A stretch of 64,000 nucleotides of DNA from Haliotis rufescens (Eukaryota). The notes beneath the pieces were generated by a model. That model worked only from the letters and a program-made list of their open reading frames with translations. It had not been told where the DNA came from and ran no database searches. Positions 36,640 through 50,386 of the stretch are shown here, one piece after another. The stretch lies in NCBI RefSeq assembly GCF_023055435.1, contig NW_025963813.1, forward strand, positions 38,440,001 through 38,504,000, written 5' to 3'. A program made the position numbers and the translations under genes. Within the stretch, counting starts at the first letter, position 1; the number at the start of each line of letters is the position of its first letter.

Positions 36640-37600
36640 TACAGACAAGAAACAGTAGTCCACTGTGGCAGTGTGGTTTGGTGGCATTCTTGATGACGTC
36701 CATAATTTGATGGTGGAGGTAGTCGACACTGTCGTTTGGAGCCAGTTGTTGGAGGCCATCCTCGATGCTGGTGCAGAAGGCATCTGTGTTGGTCTTGGCA
36801 CTGACTGGGGCATACTTCAGGCCTTTGGCGAGGAGGGATATTTGTGCAGACATGAGAGTCTTGCTGTTCAAATTAACTACTGTCTTATTTTTGGTGGTTC
36901 TAGGATTGGCTTCTTGGACATGGTTGCGGAGTGGGCGTTGTCCAAACTCTAGAAGATGTATAAACCAGATCTACTGCAACTGTGGCCACCAGTACATCCT
37001 AGAACCCTTTAGATCCCTCAACACCAGACTCAAAGAACATCAGACCTCTGTCAACAAACTAGACCCAAAGTCCACCATTTCCGAATACCTCTCAAGTACC
37101 AAGACCATAACATCATGTTGGAAGCCACCAAAGCCCTGTCTACCATCAACAGCAACTGGCGACAATGGAGAAGCTATTTACTCCAGGAGACACCAGCCAG
37201 CCATGAACCGTGACCAGGGAACCTATCTGCCCATTGCTTTGGACTTATTACTTTGATTATTGTCTGTGGTAATTATCCAGCAGGATTTCATTAGTCCGTT
37301 TCAATTGCTACTACCTATCAGTGCTTATTGCCCCCTGCCTCCCGTTTGATCATTGTCCATAACCAATCAGTGATAATTTGAGTCCTGGCTTCCAACTGTC
37401 ATCTTGTCAGCGCCAATTAGCTGTTGGTCTCCCTTGTTAAGTTTCAACCTTTGTGATCTTATTACTTTTGTTGTTCTCACAGGTACATATATATGTTCTC
37501 ACATGCTTCATAACATCACCTGATGAAGGAGTAAGTATATACTCGAAACGTTGTGTTACAATATAGGAGTTAACATCCATACATTCTCTTTTTATGTGAA
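36640..37600. mobile_element. Rearranged Penelope-like element (GIY-YIG end on +, N-terminal ORF part on -)
   Basis: + strand: QIYCNCGHQYI...RSLNTRLKEH...STISE...PAMNRDQG. - strand: SLLAKGLKYAP. Hammerhead-like motif at the 3' end. Confidence 0.7.
37511..37557 (+). ncRNA. Minimal type I hammerhead ribozyme-like motif
   Basis: cac-CTGATGA-ag-GAGTA(agtata)TACTC-GAAA-CG-TT-gtg, downstream of a Penelope GIY-YIG remnant. Confidence 0.55.
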
Positions 37601-38284
37601 TCACTTCTAAAAGCCATTCAAAGACTTGATACAGATTTCTGGGTTAGCATATTGTTTCATTTTGTAATCGACACCTCACCGCATTCGGATTAGAATAGGT
37701 CCCCAGAAAACTTTCCTGGTCGTTAGAGGAGACCAATGAGATCAAGTGGTCAGGGACGATGAATTGGTTGATGGCGTGTCATCGAACCTCGATAGAGTGG
37801 ATCGTGGTTCAAAATATCAACCACTGGGTTGTCTGGTGCAGACTCAATTGTTTACAGACTGCCGCCGTATAGTTGGACTATTGCTGAATGCAGTGTTTAA
37901 CAACAAACAAACGTACTACATACAAACACGTCATTTACAAACATGATAGGTCCTCATTTCCTCATATCATCCCTTGTATGTCATTTAAAATCATATCTCG
38001 CTTATCGATCATATCTTGAATTAAACTAAAAACTAAATACATCATGAATCGAGATGTTATACGGGATTGGTAGATTCCAATGTCTTACAATAGTTTTGCA
38101 TGTTCCTATTACACGGTGGGGAATCACGCATTTCAGCTGGTGAGTTTTTTGTTTCATGTATTGTGAAGAACAAAATACCGTTGTCCAGGTCAAAGCTGTG
38201 TATGTCATATCCTTTCTGGGTGATGTAGTCGAGCAGTTGATCTGCATTGTTCAGGTCCTAGAGTCTTTCTGCTGAAGCACCCTA

Positions 38285-38485
38285 AGCCCAATGATAAGAC
38301 CCCTGTCTGGGATGAGATGGACGGATGTCTACGACAGGACAAGAACCAGCCAGTAAATCTAGCTCAGATGGGACAATCTTTGGCTGACACTTGGAACAAC
38401 CGCCCTCATGCTATTTTCAATCAGCTAGTGTCTTCCGTGCACCGCCGCTACCGACCCTGTATTAACGCAAACGGTGGTCACATTG
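38285..38485 (+). mobile_element. Tc1 transposase C-terminal fragment
   Basis: VWDEMDGCLR...LADTWN...LVSSVHRRYRPCINANGGH resembles the Tc1 C-terminal SMxRRxxAVIxAxGG motif. Confidence 0.6.
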
Positions 38486-41400
38486 CACACATGCATGTGT
38501 ATTACCTAACAACCAAACATGGATGATAGCCATTTAATGATGTAATGATGTAATACAGAGAATTCGAGGATGTACGTCCGTGTTTCTTCTTTGAATTACG
38601 TATTGATTCTTCATTACAAATCAAGTGATCATTGTGACCTGAAATACTTGAACATGTATCAGCCTGCACAAAACACTATGTTATTGTATATAGTACTCAC
38701 CTGTGAGTACAATGTTAGATATATTCGGTGCCTGCACACATCGGTATCCGTTCCTCATGGGGATGGCAGGGAGAAAACGCTCGAGTCAACACGGATTCCG
38801 TAGTTGGGCATCAATATCAACAATGTCTGAAATCAAGTCACACGACTAATCAAATACCAACGCATCGACCCATTGTAATCTACGTGACAACATCCCAACA
38901 TCTACGTGAGCGCGTGCTATCTTACCCATGAAAACGAGCCCACAACGCCGATTTGAAGCGTTCTAAGCGCATATAGACCCCTGCACGACCACCAGAGCTG
39001 TCCAGGTGGAACCTGGCGCGGTGAACTGTAAACTGTCCAAGTCTTGTCTTCTGAACGTCAGAACGTCTATACGAAGCTAGGCGTGCCTGCCGTTGACGTT
39101 GAAGGACAATTACGCGTATCGCTGGACATCAGTGCCTGATATTAAGCTCCCTCATCCGGTTGCATACGATCCTGCCACTAATTGGTCTCAACGTAGGTAG
39201 TGCTGTTAGTGTGGCAGTTTGGTATTACGATTCCGTAAATGCACCAACCGAATATGGTTGTCTTGTTGACGTGACGTCACACGGGGACATCCATCTCGTG
39301 GCATATCATGAGTGTTACCCACTGTAGATTAAGTCTCCAAAGACTATTGTGTTTTCATGAACATGAAAATGTGTCGCAACTTCGTTTTGCGCCAATCCTG
39401 TTTGCAGCATATCCACAGGGTAGATGTTGATTTTCAGCAAGCCGTGGCACTGCGTCAGCGTTATTTACCATTAAACAGAATGTGTTTTAGCACCGGATAC
39501 CTATACAATCATTGAGTGATGTTCCCATACAAACCTACGTGCATGAGTATCATGCTCCCAACAAACTCGCAAACATCACTTGTGAATCACGACCTGAAAG
39601 TCGAGGAGATGTCTTCATGAATATGCCTATTGAAAGGGAATACATGTAGTTTTATCGAACGTTACATGAAGCACGGTAACCTTTTCCCGTTTGTATACGA
39701 CATGGATGGCTTTTCGACATTCTTATCTTGCCAAAAATGAACAGTTTGTTGGAATCCATTCCAAGTCAAAATGGCATCAAACGTGACACCAACAATGTAT
39801 CTTATGTATGAAGAACCGAGTCTGTACGGATGTCTTCAGACAAAGACGTAGATTTACAAACAAGACTGAAGATACTGAGCGTCGCTAGAGTAAAATGTCT
39901 GTGGCAGCCATTGTCTGGTTGGCACATGAGATGAGACAGCAGAATCGTACGACGAGGTCAGAGGCCGTGTTACTATGTTTCTGGATTACCAGACTGACAT
40001 TACTATCTTATCTGTTTTAAAGCTGATTCACAAGTTATTAAAACCCAGATCTTGCAATTCTGTCAAGTATTCTTATTGTTTCTACCCGTTCGAATAGGGT
40101 TAGAATAGGTCTTCAGCAACCCATGCTTGCTGTAGGAAGCAACTATGCTCGTCGTAAGAGGCGACTAACGGGATCGGGTGGTCACACTCGCTGACTTGAT
40201 TGATGCGTGTCATCGATTCCCAAATTGCGTGGATCGATGCTCATGATGTCAATCACTGGGTTTTCCCAATCGAAAAGCCATCAAAATTGGTATGAAAATT
40301 ATTGGATGAAGAGAGGAACATGTGGTGTAAAATTGGAATATGCAACATGTAGTGATTACGTACTTATAACACACTATTTACAACATTTATGGAAAGTTTA
40401 CAGGAAATCATCAAAGAACAACTAGAACATTTGTTGAACGACAGTAAAACATCGGTCCGAAAAACAGGAAAGCCACTGACGTGAACTGTTCGCATTTGCT
40501 CCTGATGTCTGCGTAAGTAGATATTAACACAAACAAAAGGTGGACGATCAACGCTGTCGGTGTAGGAAAACACTCAATCAACCAAGTCACAGGCATCAAC
40601 ACTCCGTCCATGCTTTCCAGTATCTCCATAAAGAATCCTGTATGGTTACGCATCAAATATGCAGGTACGAGTTCGAATCACCATGTTATCGGTCGAGTCG
40701 TCATGTATATATGCAAAACCGATCTTTTCCGATTTTTAGATACATGTTCTTCGATGCAGTCAGCGGTATAGCTATAGTCTCATACTTTAAAAGGACATCA
40801 TTAGATCGATTATCGTATAGAATATAACAAAGAAAGGCTTAAATGAAATTGTGTGCTTTTTAAGCTATGTATTATCAGTGACAGTATAGCCTCTGCCCTG
40901 ACGAAACGAAAACACTAATGATTATAATGCTTTTCAAAGTGTTGGTTTTCCCGACTACATGCGTCCGCGTTCGCCTTTGTTTATTCCAACTTTATGTTGA
41001 ACCGGACCTTCCGGAGTTTCTCTCGATGTTAATGGTTGCAGAATAAACTTCATTGAGTTGAGACTGCTATGTTGATTAATCCTTGGCGTTGTTTGGCACA
41101 ACAATTGTTTCTAACAAGTGTGACAGTGTTCAACAGAACATATTGTAAAAGTTGAGGCTAGGAGAAAACTTGCTTAACGTCGCGTCCAAGATTATTGCAA
41201 TTACATAGCCACGTCCATGCACAAGTGTGTGTGGTATTTTCTTGCTGCTTGTACTAGTCCGGACTAGTGCCGATTTTATAGTTCCAGCCCACTGAGATAT
41301 CATGCCGCAGTTAAACATGATTACCCCACTTAGACACAGTATGCTGACCCCGGGCCGACCAGTACTTGTTATAGCCCCTCAATACCGAGCGATAGGCAGG

Positions 41401-41585
41401 GTAACAACAAGTACCATCTTTTCACGTTTTTTGATATGACGCGACATGGGATCAAACCCCGGACCTTCCGCTCTCCGTGCAGACACTCTACCACTAGACT
41501 ACGGAGGCAGTCACATATTGTAGAAAGCAATGCTGACAGTCAAATATTAGTTCCTTTGGACATTGTCGCCTTGGGCGCTAGGTAT

Positions 41586-41628
41586 CATTCATTCATTCAT
41601 TCATTCATTCATTCATTCATTCATTCAT
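41586..41628. repeat. (ATTC)n microsatellite downstream of gene E
   Basis: Perfect run, absent from the homologous flank of gene D. Confidence 0.85.
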
Positions 41629-41794
41629 TTGTATCTACCTCCAGTACTTGTCCATTATTACAATTATATGTGTATTTTGAGCATTATACATGTCACACGT
41701 ATAACTGTGGAATGTCAAACAAGAACAGAAAGCCAAGTTTGTAATGGAACGCCGTTTATAGTTTGCTACACGTGACGTCTAATACCAGTCAGCA

Positions 41795-44700
41795 TCACTT
41801 GCAAATATCAACATCCGCATCAGGGAACACAGCAAACCCGAATGTCCTTGCTGACAGCATGAGGAGCCCGCCATAGGCCTTTTGAGGGGGCATGTCGGGG
41901 ATGGTGTTGTTCACATAATCCAGTCGTTTACCATTTAGTGTCACATTCCTGAAATTACATCATCAGTGGCAAAGAATCAATGTGAGCTCTCGCGCAATGC
42001 GACAGAAAGCCACGTCCTATCAACAACAGCCTATCAGTTATGCAGTTTGTACAATGATGACAGAATCAGAATATCAAACAATGCGTGTTACAGCACAAAT
42101 CACTTTTCAGAATGTATTACTTTCCATTGGTGTTCGTTGCAAATTGTTCAAAGTGTTCTATATATGTTCTTGACTATCAGTCTTGATTTTCCGCCGATAC
42201 AGATTCCACTGAATGTAAAAGGCAAAATAGTGGTGAAAATTATATGAATGATGCACCAGGTTTTAGCGAAATTTGTAAACTTGTTCTGCTATAAATAACC
42301 ATTACGCGTGTATTCACTCGCCTCGAAGTAAGTTCTATGAACTCAGGCCTAAGCCAGAAGACATCCACATTGGTCTGGAATTGAGGGAATGTGACGACGG
42401 TGGTGTAGGTGTTGACGTTGATGATGTAGACTACAACACTACCTGGCTTGTAGTTGTAGACGCTGTAACAATACATGATGGCCATAGTGAGTGAAGGGAC
42501 AATGCTGTCCAGGACATCAGAAATCACCCATTTCCTCACGAGAGTCGGGGTGAAATTGTGTTTCACGTCGCATTCAAGATTATTGCACTTACCTAGCGAC
42601 GAACATTCACGTGTTTGTGTGTGTGTGTACATGTGTGGCTGCTTGTACTATTCCGGACTGGTGCCGATTTTACAGTGCTAGCCCAATGAGATACCATGCC
42701 ACAGTTTACCATAAATACCAGATTCAGACACAATACACTGACTCTGAGCCGACCAGCCCTTGTTTAAGCCCCGTAATGCCGAGCGCCAGACAGGGTAACA
42801 AGTAGTACCATCTCTTGACGTCTTTTGGTATGACGCGGCCTGGGAAGATATGGTGTAATTCCAATACAGATGTTGATGATTATGAAATAAATTATGATAA
42901 TTAATTTACCTGTCCCTCCTATTTGGTTTTAATCGTCAATATTTTCTCCTGTATACTGAGCACACCATCTAACACACCCACTTTGTACCTTTCCTGTTTG
43001 GCACAGTGGGCGTAGACCCTGAAACTGTTGGTTGAGTTGGTCTGCACGGATAACACTTTATTCCCCACTAGTCTCTTGTAGAGCAAGGTCAGCCAGTAGT
43101 CCTGGAAAGTGACAATTGTCTTTGCATCACGTAGGTCTGAATCATATCTGAATATAAAAAGCACTACTGACTAACCCATGCATCACCTTCCAACTGTGTA
43201 CCTGTTCTGGTTGGCACAGTGGGCATAGACCCTGAAACTGTTGGTTGAATGGGTCTGCACAGATAACACTTTATTCCCAACCAGTCTCTTGTAGAGCAAG
43301 GTCAGCCAGTAGTCCTGGAAAGTGACACATTCAAGCGTATTGTCATAAACATGTAACGTCGAATACCTGTTAACCTGAATACATTATAACATTATGTGTT
43401 TTCTATATTTGTATCACTGTCAGGGGCATGGGTCTGTGGTAATTAGGTTAAGAATTATTTAGTCTGTGATTAATGGCTGACACATATGTGAGTAAGTATG
43501 GATTGACCTCTTTTTATCAGTACTCCAGTTACAAATTGTTGCTACATAACACTCTGAACTCGCGTGAGTTTGGTTTGAGGTTGCTTTGAACAATACTACA
43601 ATTTTGTGAGAGCGTGCCACGATCACCCGGGTGCGCGTATGGGTTTCACAAACCTAGAAATATAATGAAAGCGAACTGCGATAAGTACACATGACCATTG
43701 ATTTCTTGCACGACTCAGGGACGTCGGCACAGCGAATTCCATACAACGTCTTAAGCCACTTCGCAATGTTCCCCTTTACCGTGGCTGACATTCATTCAAA
43801 GAAACCTGGCACCGTTCATAATCGGATCAACAATTTGTAAGTAAGTAAATGTACAGTTGTTCATTTCACAAAGCGGCTTCCATGTCGCCATGGCAGGGGA
43901 CTACATCCGTTTGCTTTCGGCGTAGACATCGCGGGTTCGAATCCCGTGGGCGACACACATTTTTCGTGAACTTGTTCTATCATCAAGGGAGTGGTGTTTA
44001 AGTCAGTTAGCGGCTGGTCAAAGACAGGGAAGCCATGTCTAGTTACACAATACTTAAAAAATAAACTGAACTAATATCCCTTCGTTAATGAGTCCTTGCT
44101 ATAAAATTCATCATTTTGACAGTCATGAAAAATTAACATTAACAACGTTACAAAGCCAATATATAGATTGTACTCTGATTCATAATCATCTCAATGTCTT
44201 AAAGTGGCGACACTGCCAAAGGTGGAAGTGAGCAGAAAGCACCCTTCTCTCCACGGTTGCCTCGTGAAATCTACCAGGCAGGATAGTAAATTCGCTGTTT
44301 ACTAACCTTCTGGTCGTTGTTACTAATTGAGTTACAACAATTCACTCGACTTTTCTCTCAGGACAAGGAGGCAGTCGAATAGTTGTGGTCTCGAGGTAAT
44401 CTAGTGTTTTCTGTTCTTGCTGATCCACGGTTTCTCCAGTATTAGCTGCCTGTTTAACGCTTCACACAGTAAAATGTTCCAGGTAAATGAAAACAGTTGG
44501 TATAATTGACAATGTGGTTCACAACACATTCCCGAAAGAAACACATTGTGCGATGTTGATAAGATATTATATGTACCTACCGGGTAGGGTTCAAACGTGT
44601 TCATCTCGATGAGAGAATAATTTTGTCCATAGAATGATTGCCTTAAAACCCCTTTGAGTCCGATCCGTGAAGCAATACCGAGCTTGTCTAACCATCTGAA

Positions 44701-47700
44701 ATGTTCACATCATTACAATGTACATGTTGGTGTAAAATTAATACAGTCACGTTTTGTTTTCGATTGAGCAGTATACCTCTCTAAAGGTGATGTTTTACAC
44801 TCCAATATGCAGCATTCCAGATATATCACTGAGGCCTTTAAATAACCAACTACCGAGACCATAATAATGCTATGATCAACGAACGATGTCGAGGTACAAC
44901 TGCATATATTAGTAGCGGCTCTGGTGACACACGAAAGTTGTTGAAGCTTTAATCTGATTTTTTACACATGCAACTTACAAAGTTCAAAACTAATTTCGGT
45001 TGAGAGAACTTCGAGTAATTGTTTCAGTTATTCTCTTCAAAGGGTTTTCTGAGAACATTAAACGTACCGTTTGGTAACAAAGTTTATAAATATGAAAAGT
45101 CAACGTCAGATAATTACGCAATGGGGATTATACAATTATTTGAAACAAATTATGAATTAATTGCATGTCAAAGCATACGAGTGCAAATCACAACACATGT
45201 CCAAAAAAGTTGCAACAAAATTCATATGAGGATGAGGGCTAATACACAAAATTAGATCACAGTTATAACCGTAGTTGGTTATAAAACATATATACAGCAT
45301 ATAAACAGCAAATGGCCTGGCCCCAAAATCTGTTCGTTAAATCCGCCAGTTCGTTATAAACGTAGTTTACTGTACATGAATTCCATGTGTACGTAACATT
45401 TGTTCACCAGACATTGTTGTGAGTTATAAGAAACGAAATGCTAACCTATAGTAGACATTCTTGACAAATACTCACAGAAAGCCGGCCACATATCTATCCG
45501 ACAGTCCAGGCGCTCCGCCTCCAGAGAAAGAAGACGTCTCCCCGAGCCACAAGGGAGTGTCGGGGTTGGCGGGGGTGGTGACGTTGCGTACTATGTCAAT
45601 GAAACTTATGAGACTGTCCATCACTTTGGGGTCGATAAAGGTGTCCACTTTAGCATTGCCTTCGAAGCCGTAGTAGCTAGACATTCAATAATTCCAAATT
45701 AGGTGAGAGTAGGTGAACTGTGATTTAACGTCACATACAAGGATAACGTGGGCAGCATGATAGAACCGAGGATCAAACCACAGAATTTCTGCTCTCTGGG
45801 CAGGCACTCCATCTACTAGACCACGGATGTAACCTGGCACAAATTATTAAATATCTCCTTTACAAAGCATCTCAATGTTCATTACTGATTAATAGTATCT
45901 GTTGTCAAATGAAACTTAATTGAATATATAAATAAGAAAATTATAATAGCTTACTCACTGGTGGAAAGTTATCCTGTCAAGCGCTTTTCGTCCGTCCCCT
46001 TTAAAGAAACTGTAAGGGAATACATGTGAATCTAACAATACGACTCTTCTATTTATACTGGTTCATCCATACCGAGAACATCGGGCATAAGGAAGTATCT
46101 GCATACATGGTGTCAGTTTTACTGTAAAATCAGTATACCATATTGCTGTAATCAGTAATTATTTATCACAATAATGCTGCTTTCATCTGTTGTCATAAAG
46201 GCCCTTATACCAATTGCGCTGATTACGAGAAGATATGTTTTGTATTTTTCTACTTACGTTTTAAACAATATCGATTTTGGCCCTGAGATAGCTGTTACGT
46301 CTGGTCCAATCACCAGGGTGGATTCAAAGCCAGGTGTAGACTTGACTATTTCCCTAAGATGGACAAAATCTCGCCCAAGCTGTGCTCCAGATATTGTATC
46401 GGTGAATGGTTCGGGAAAATATGCAGGTTCTAGAGAACAACCAAGTAGAGTACTGAATCAAGGAAATGACTCATGAATTCGAAACACATGAATTCATAAA
46501 GCACCCATAGCTGACTTTGAGTCAAGCACGATATGTTTTAGTAACACACGCAGATGAAGAAGCCAGGAAAAAAGTATATCGTCTACAAGAATGCTTGGCT
46601 GTATAATTATGACCTATATAACTATACACTACCATTTCCGAGTTCAAAGGCCGGTATCGTGTAGTTCCTGGCATTGCTATAGCTCATCAGTTCTTTGGCG
46701 TTTTCAGGGTCCCACTGTCCGTCTTTCCGCTTCAACACGTTGAGACCAAACACCAATTCCCACCCCACGATCCTCAAAAAGTCATTGAGATTGTCCCACA
46801 TAGCACCTCAAAGATAAAAAGAAGAAGCATGTACTTCCATCGAAAGCAATATTTATTCATGCAAATAGTAAACAGTTATTTTGATTGATTGATTGATTCG
46901 TGTCGCTGTGTATAAGGATTTTAAATTACAAAACGTTTTTAAACAGGAGCTTGCGTATGATGATTTCACAGCAGATAAAGTCAAGATTTTAAACATATTA
47001 CGTTGTGAATCATTGAATGGGAATTTTACCACCAGGCTTCACGGAATTGTAATTGCAACGGACTTTGTAAGTCCTTGTCAGCTCAAACCGTTTGACTTTT
47101 TTAACCAGTTGAACATTATTCAGTTATGATTGTCATGGTATTGAGTACAGCTCCCCCCTCNNNNNNNNNNNNNNNNNNNNNNNNNNNNNNNNNNNNNNNN
47201 NNNNNNNNNNNNNNNNNNNNNNNNNNNNNNNNNNNNNNNNNNNNNNNNNNNNNNNNNNNNNNNNNNNNNNNNNNNNNNNNNNNNNNNNNNNNNNNACATA
47301 TATAAGTCATATAAACATACCAGTATAAGTGGAGTTTGCACTTGTACCCCCATGACCCGTTGGGTCAAAGGTCATGAAGTCTCCAGGTGTTCCTCCTATC
47401 CTCAGGTAGCACGGATACAATGCTTTAGCAAGTGTTTGCACTTTATGCGATCTAGTTTTAAGATAAAGTATATTCATCAGAAACTGGAAATAGTTGCGTT
47501 GCTATTTAAAACTTCAAATAATTTGCACCATATTCATGTATTATACTGTTACCTGAAGCAAATACAATCTATTTATCATTATTTGAATAGTACACTCACG
47601 CGAAATCAAGTCCTTTCCAATCAATTGATATTGGAAGCATGGATGAATCAAAGGTCACTCCAACGAAATGGTCATCTATCGATCCTATTTCCTTGTCTGT

Positions 47701-47784
47701 AGCAACAGTGACAGATACAGACTGACTCAGTGTAAATTGCACAAACCAGGAACACAGAATAACGAGCAAACGTCTCACATACAT
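41795..47784 (-). CDS. HPSE: Heparanase-like GH79 gene E, complete, with duplicated exon 8 (8a/8b)
   Basis: Exons 47600-47784, 47321-47451, 46633-46806, 46258-46429, 45959-46009, 45476-45676, 44581-44695, 8a 43202-43314 or 8b 42989-43101, 42322-42462, 41795-41948. GNEPA and WLGETSS. N-gap in intron 2. Confidence 0.9.
47161..47295. other. Assembly gap
   Basis: Run of N in gene E intron 2. Confidence 1.
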
Positions 47785-48055
47785 GGTGTCAGCGGTAAAG
47801 TAAATGCAGATAAATGAATATCACCTTTAATCTGGATCACTGATGTCGAGTCAAGGCCATTTTACTGATTAGCCAGAAGTGATAAAACAACTAGTTTACG
47901 ACCTTGGTGAAGGAAAAATTTGAAGTTGGACGATTATGTAAGGCAAATAATGTCGCCCAGGAATAAGTTTCTTATCGATACATTATTCGAATTCCTGGAC
48001 TGACTGCTGGTTTTGGTTGTTTCGTGACGTTATCGAGTAATAGGACCTCGTCGGA

Positions 48056-48412
48056 GGGGAGGTGAGGTGAAATGGGATTTAACGTCGCGTCCAAGATTAT
48101 TGTACTTATATAGCGACGTGCATGCACGTGTATGTATGTGTGTGGATGCTTGTACTAGTCTGGACTGATGCCGATTTTTAGTGCTAGCTCACTGAGATAC
48201 CATGCCGCGGTTTAACATGAATACCTCACTCAGACACAGTATACTGACTCTGAGCCAACCAGTCCTTGTTTTAGCCCCTTAATGTCGAGCGCCAGACAGG
48301 GTAACAACAAGTACCATCTTTGAACGTCGTTTGGTATGACGCGATCGGGGATCGAACCCCGGACCTTCCGCTCTCAGGGCGGACGCTCTACCATTAGACA
48401 AAGGAGGCCGAC
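48056..48412 (-). mobile_element. SINE family 3 copy upstream of gene E
   Basis: Full-length copy flanked by 13-bp TSD GGACCTCGTCGGA. Confidence 0.85.
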
Positions 48413-48799
48413 CGGACCTCGTCGGAATGGCATGCACGAGAATTGGTAAAAAACACCATCCCAGTGAAAGTGGAGATAATCCTTCAGGTTTCAGACAATA
48501 TTGATATGCTTCTTTGACATCGAAGTCAAATCTCTCAGGAGGCGCAAGCCTTCCATCTTGAGCTGCGTATACAGAATGAAAGCTTAATTATGATTCTTTG
48601 GCTCTCACCTTTTGGCACAGTGGCAACTAGGCTTAGAAATGAAATGGAAATCTTTCGATGACTTTCTGTTAAAATATTTTCGCTCAGTGTCCAGGGCGTT
48701 ACCTCCTGAGTCCATATCAGAAGAATAATCCTTCTATATCTTCTGCGTTTGCTGAAGCCTAATTTGATGCGAGCCAGCTCATTCGCAGACTCAAAGATC

Positions 48800-50386
48800 A
48801 GATCAGATTTGTTGAGTGCTGCTTTTGCAGCAGCATCGGCCATTGTGTTACCAATGATTCCAACACGGCTTGGTAACCAACCAAAGACAATGTCGTATTG
48901 GCCAGTTACAAGATCATTATAAAATTCAATAATTGTTAATTAAAGTGGATGTTTGCAAGACTGATTCTTAATTGCCTGAAGACGGGATAGAGAGTCTGAC
49001 AATACATTGAACTGTTTATGGTTTGATTGTTTGATATTCTAGTGCTGTCAAGATTGCCTTTGACTCGGCCATAAACAAGGAACAGTTAGCTGGTTATCTT
49101 CATGATATAGTCATGGATCCAATGACGATGGCGTTGGCAACTGCGTCACCATACTTGGATCCACCTTAAAATATTCATTTGTAAGTATCAGTGTGTCTTA
49201 ATTGATTATATTCTTGTTGATAAATAAATTGATTTGTTTCAGATTTCTTAAGTTTAGTTGATGACAGGTCAACCTGTATCTGTACCAACTGCCATGGACG
49301 AGATGACAAATGCTGAGCTAGAGCTATATATTGAAGATTGATATTGGCAGCAGAAATGGCTGGTTTAGGATATTTGTCTGTGTCACAAAAGAGGGGCATG
49401 ATTTTGATGACGAGATGTGGTCACCGCTGCAGTTTGGTATCTGCGCAGTCATGCTGCTTACTGCAGCGGGAACAAATTATGAGTTATGACAGGACTTAGC
49501 CCCATGTGCGAATTGCTGACATTTAAAACGACAGAGTGGATTTGGTATATAACCAGTTGATTGATGAAGGAAGTTTTGTTAAAGCAAATGTGAAAAGGTA
49601 AGTTTGGGTTTTAATAAGATTATCACCATCTTTTTTTCATAAATTGCTTCACAGGTGTTACAACTTAAGGTTCCTCTTTTGACATGTCTGAAAGGCGTAC
49701 AACGCCTCGACATGAATTTCAGTATTTGCGACATAATGCGCTTGGAGAAGATTTAGAGATTGTTGTCTCTTTGCACACTCCACAAGTAGTGAACCGGATC
49801 GGAGACGAGTAACATTCTTGACAGCACCACATATTCCCTGAATAGACTTGGAAATGATGAAGGGGTTAATGTTGGGGGGTTCTCCATCAACGCCTTCAAC
49901 AACCAGAAATCGTGGCCAATAGTCAACACTGAGTATAGATTTCTCATCAGAAGACACAGCAGTATCAATACGTCGTTTCTTTGATTTTGTACGAGAACCA
50001 ATGAACTGTCATTTACCCATAATGAAAGGAAGTTTATTCAACAACCCTACTCCCCACCCACCAAGGAGTGTCAACAAAGACGGTGTTGAAGTGGAATCTG
50101 ACTACAAACACCAGGACTACAAGGGTGTTTTACTCCAGAAATAAAGACCGATTGATAGAATCGGGCCAATATTACCACCATTCTAGGTGAAGTAAGGGTG
50201 GAAGTGATGTGTTTTGCAAAAGGGACACCTCTCCTGGCTCCAATGCCCTCAACCATCAGAATCCCGTCTTCCATCGACGAAGGGCCGCAACCAACGGCAA
50301 ACGGGTAGCCCAATTCGCTCGTCTCTTACGACCAGCAATGGAGTGCTGAGGACACATTCTTGTCTACTCAGGGTTCCCTTGGGGGT
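48800..50386 (-). mobile_element. Internally deleted I/Nimb-clade LINE (5' UTR, ORF1, RNase H fragment)
   Basis: ORF1 WPRFLVVE...NPFIISKSIQG...RLRSGSLLVEC, CCHC knuckle remnant near 49500 (YIPNPL..FKCQ), RNase H WLPSRVGIIGNTMADAAAKAA. Confidence 0.75.

Noticed and set aside
43884-43954. tRNA-like sequence (GTCGCCA...GGGTTCGAATCCCGTGGGCGAC)
   Set aside because: Acceptor stem and T arm are present but the D and anticodon arms do not fold convincingly; more likely a pseudogene or SINE head. tRNAscan-SE would decide.
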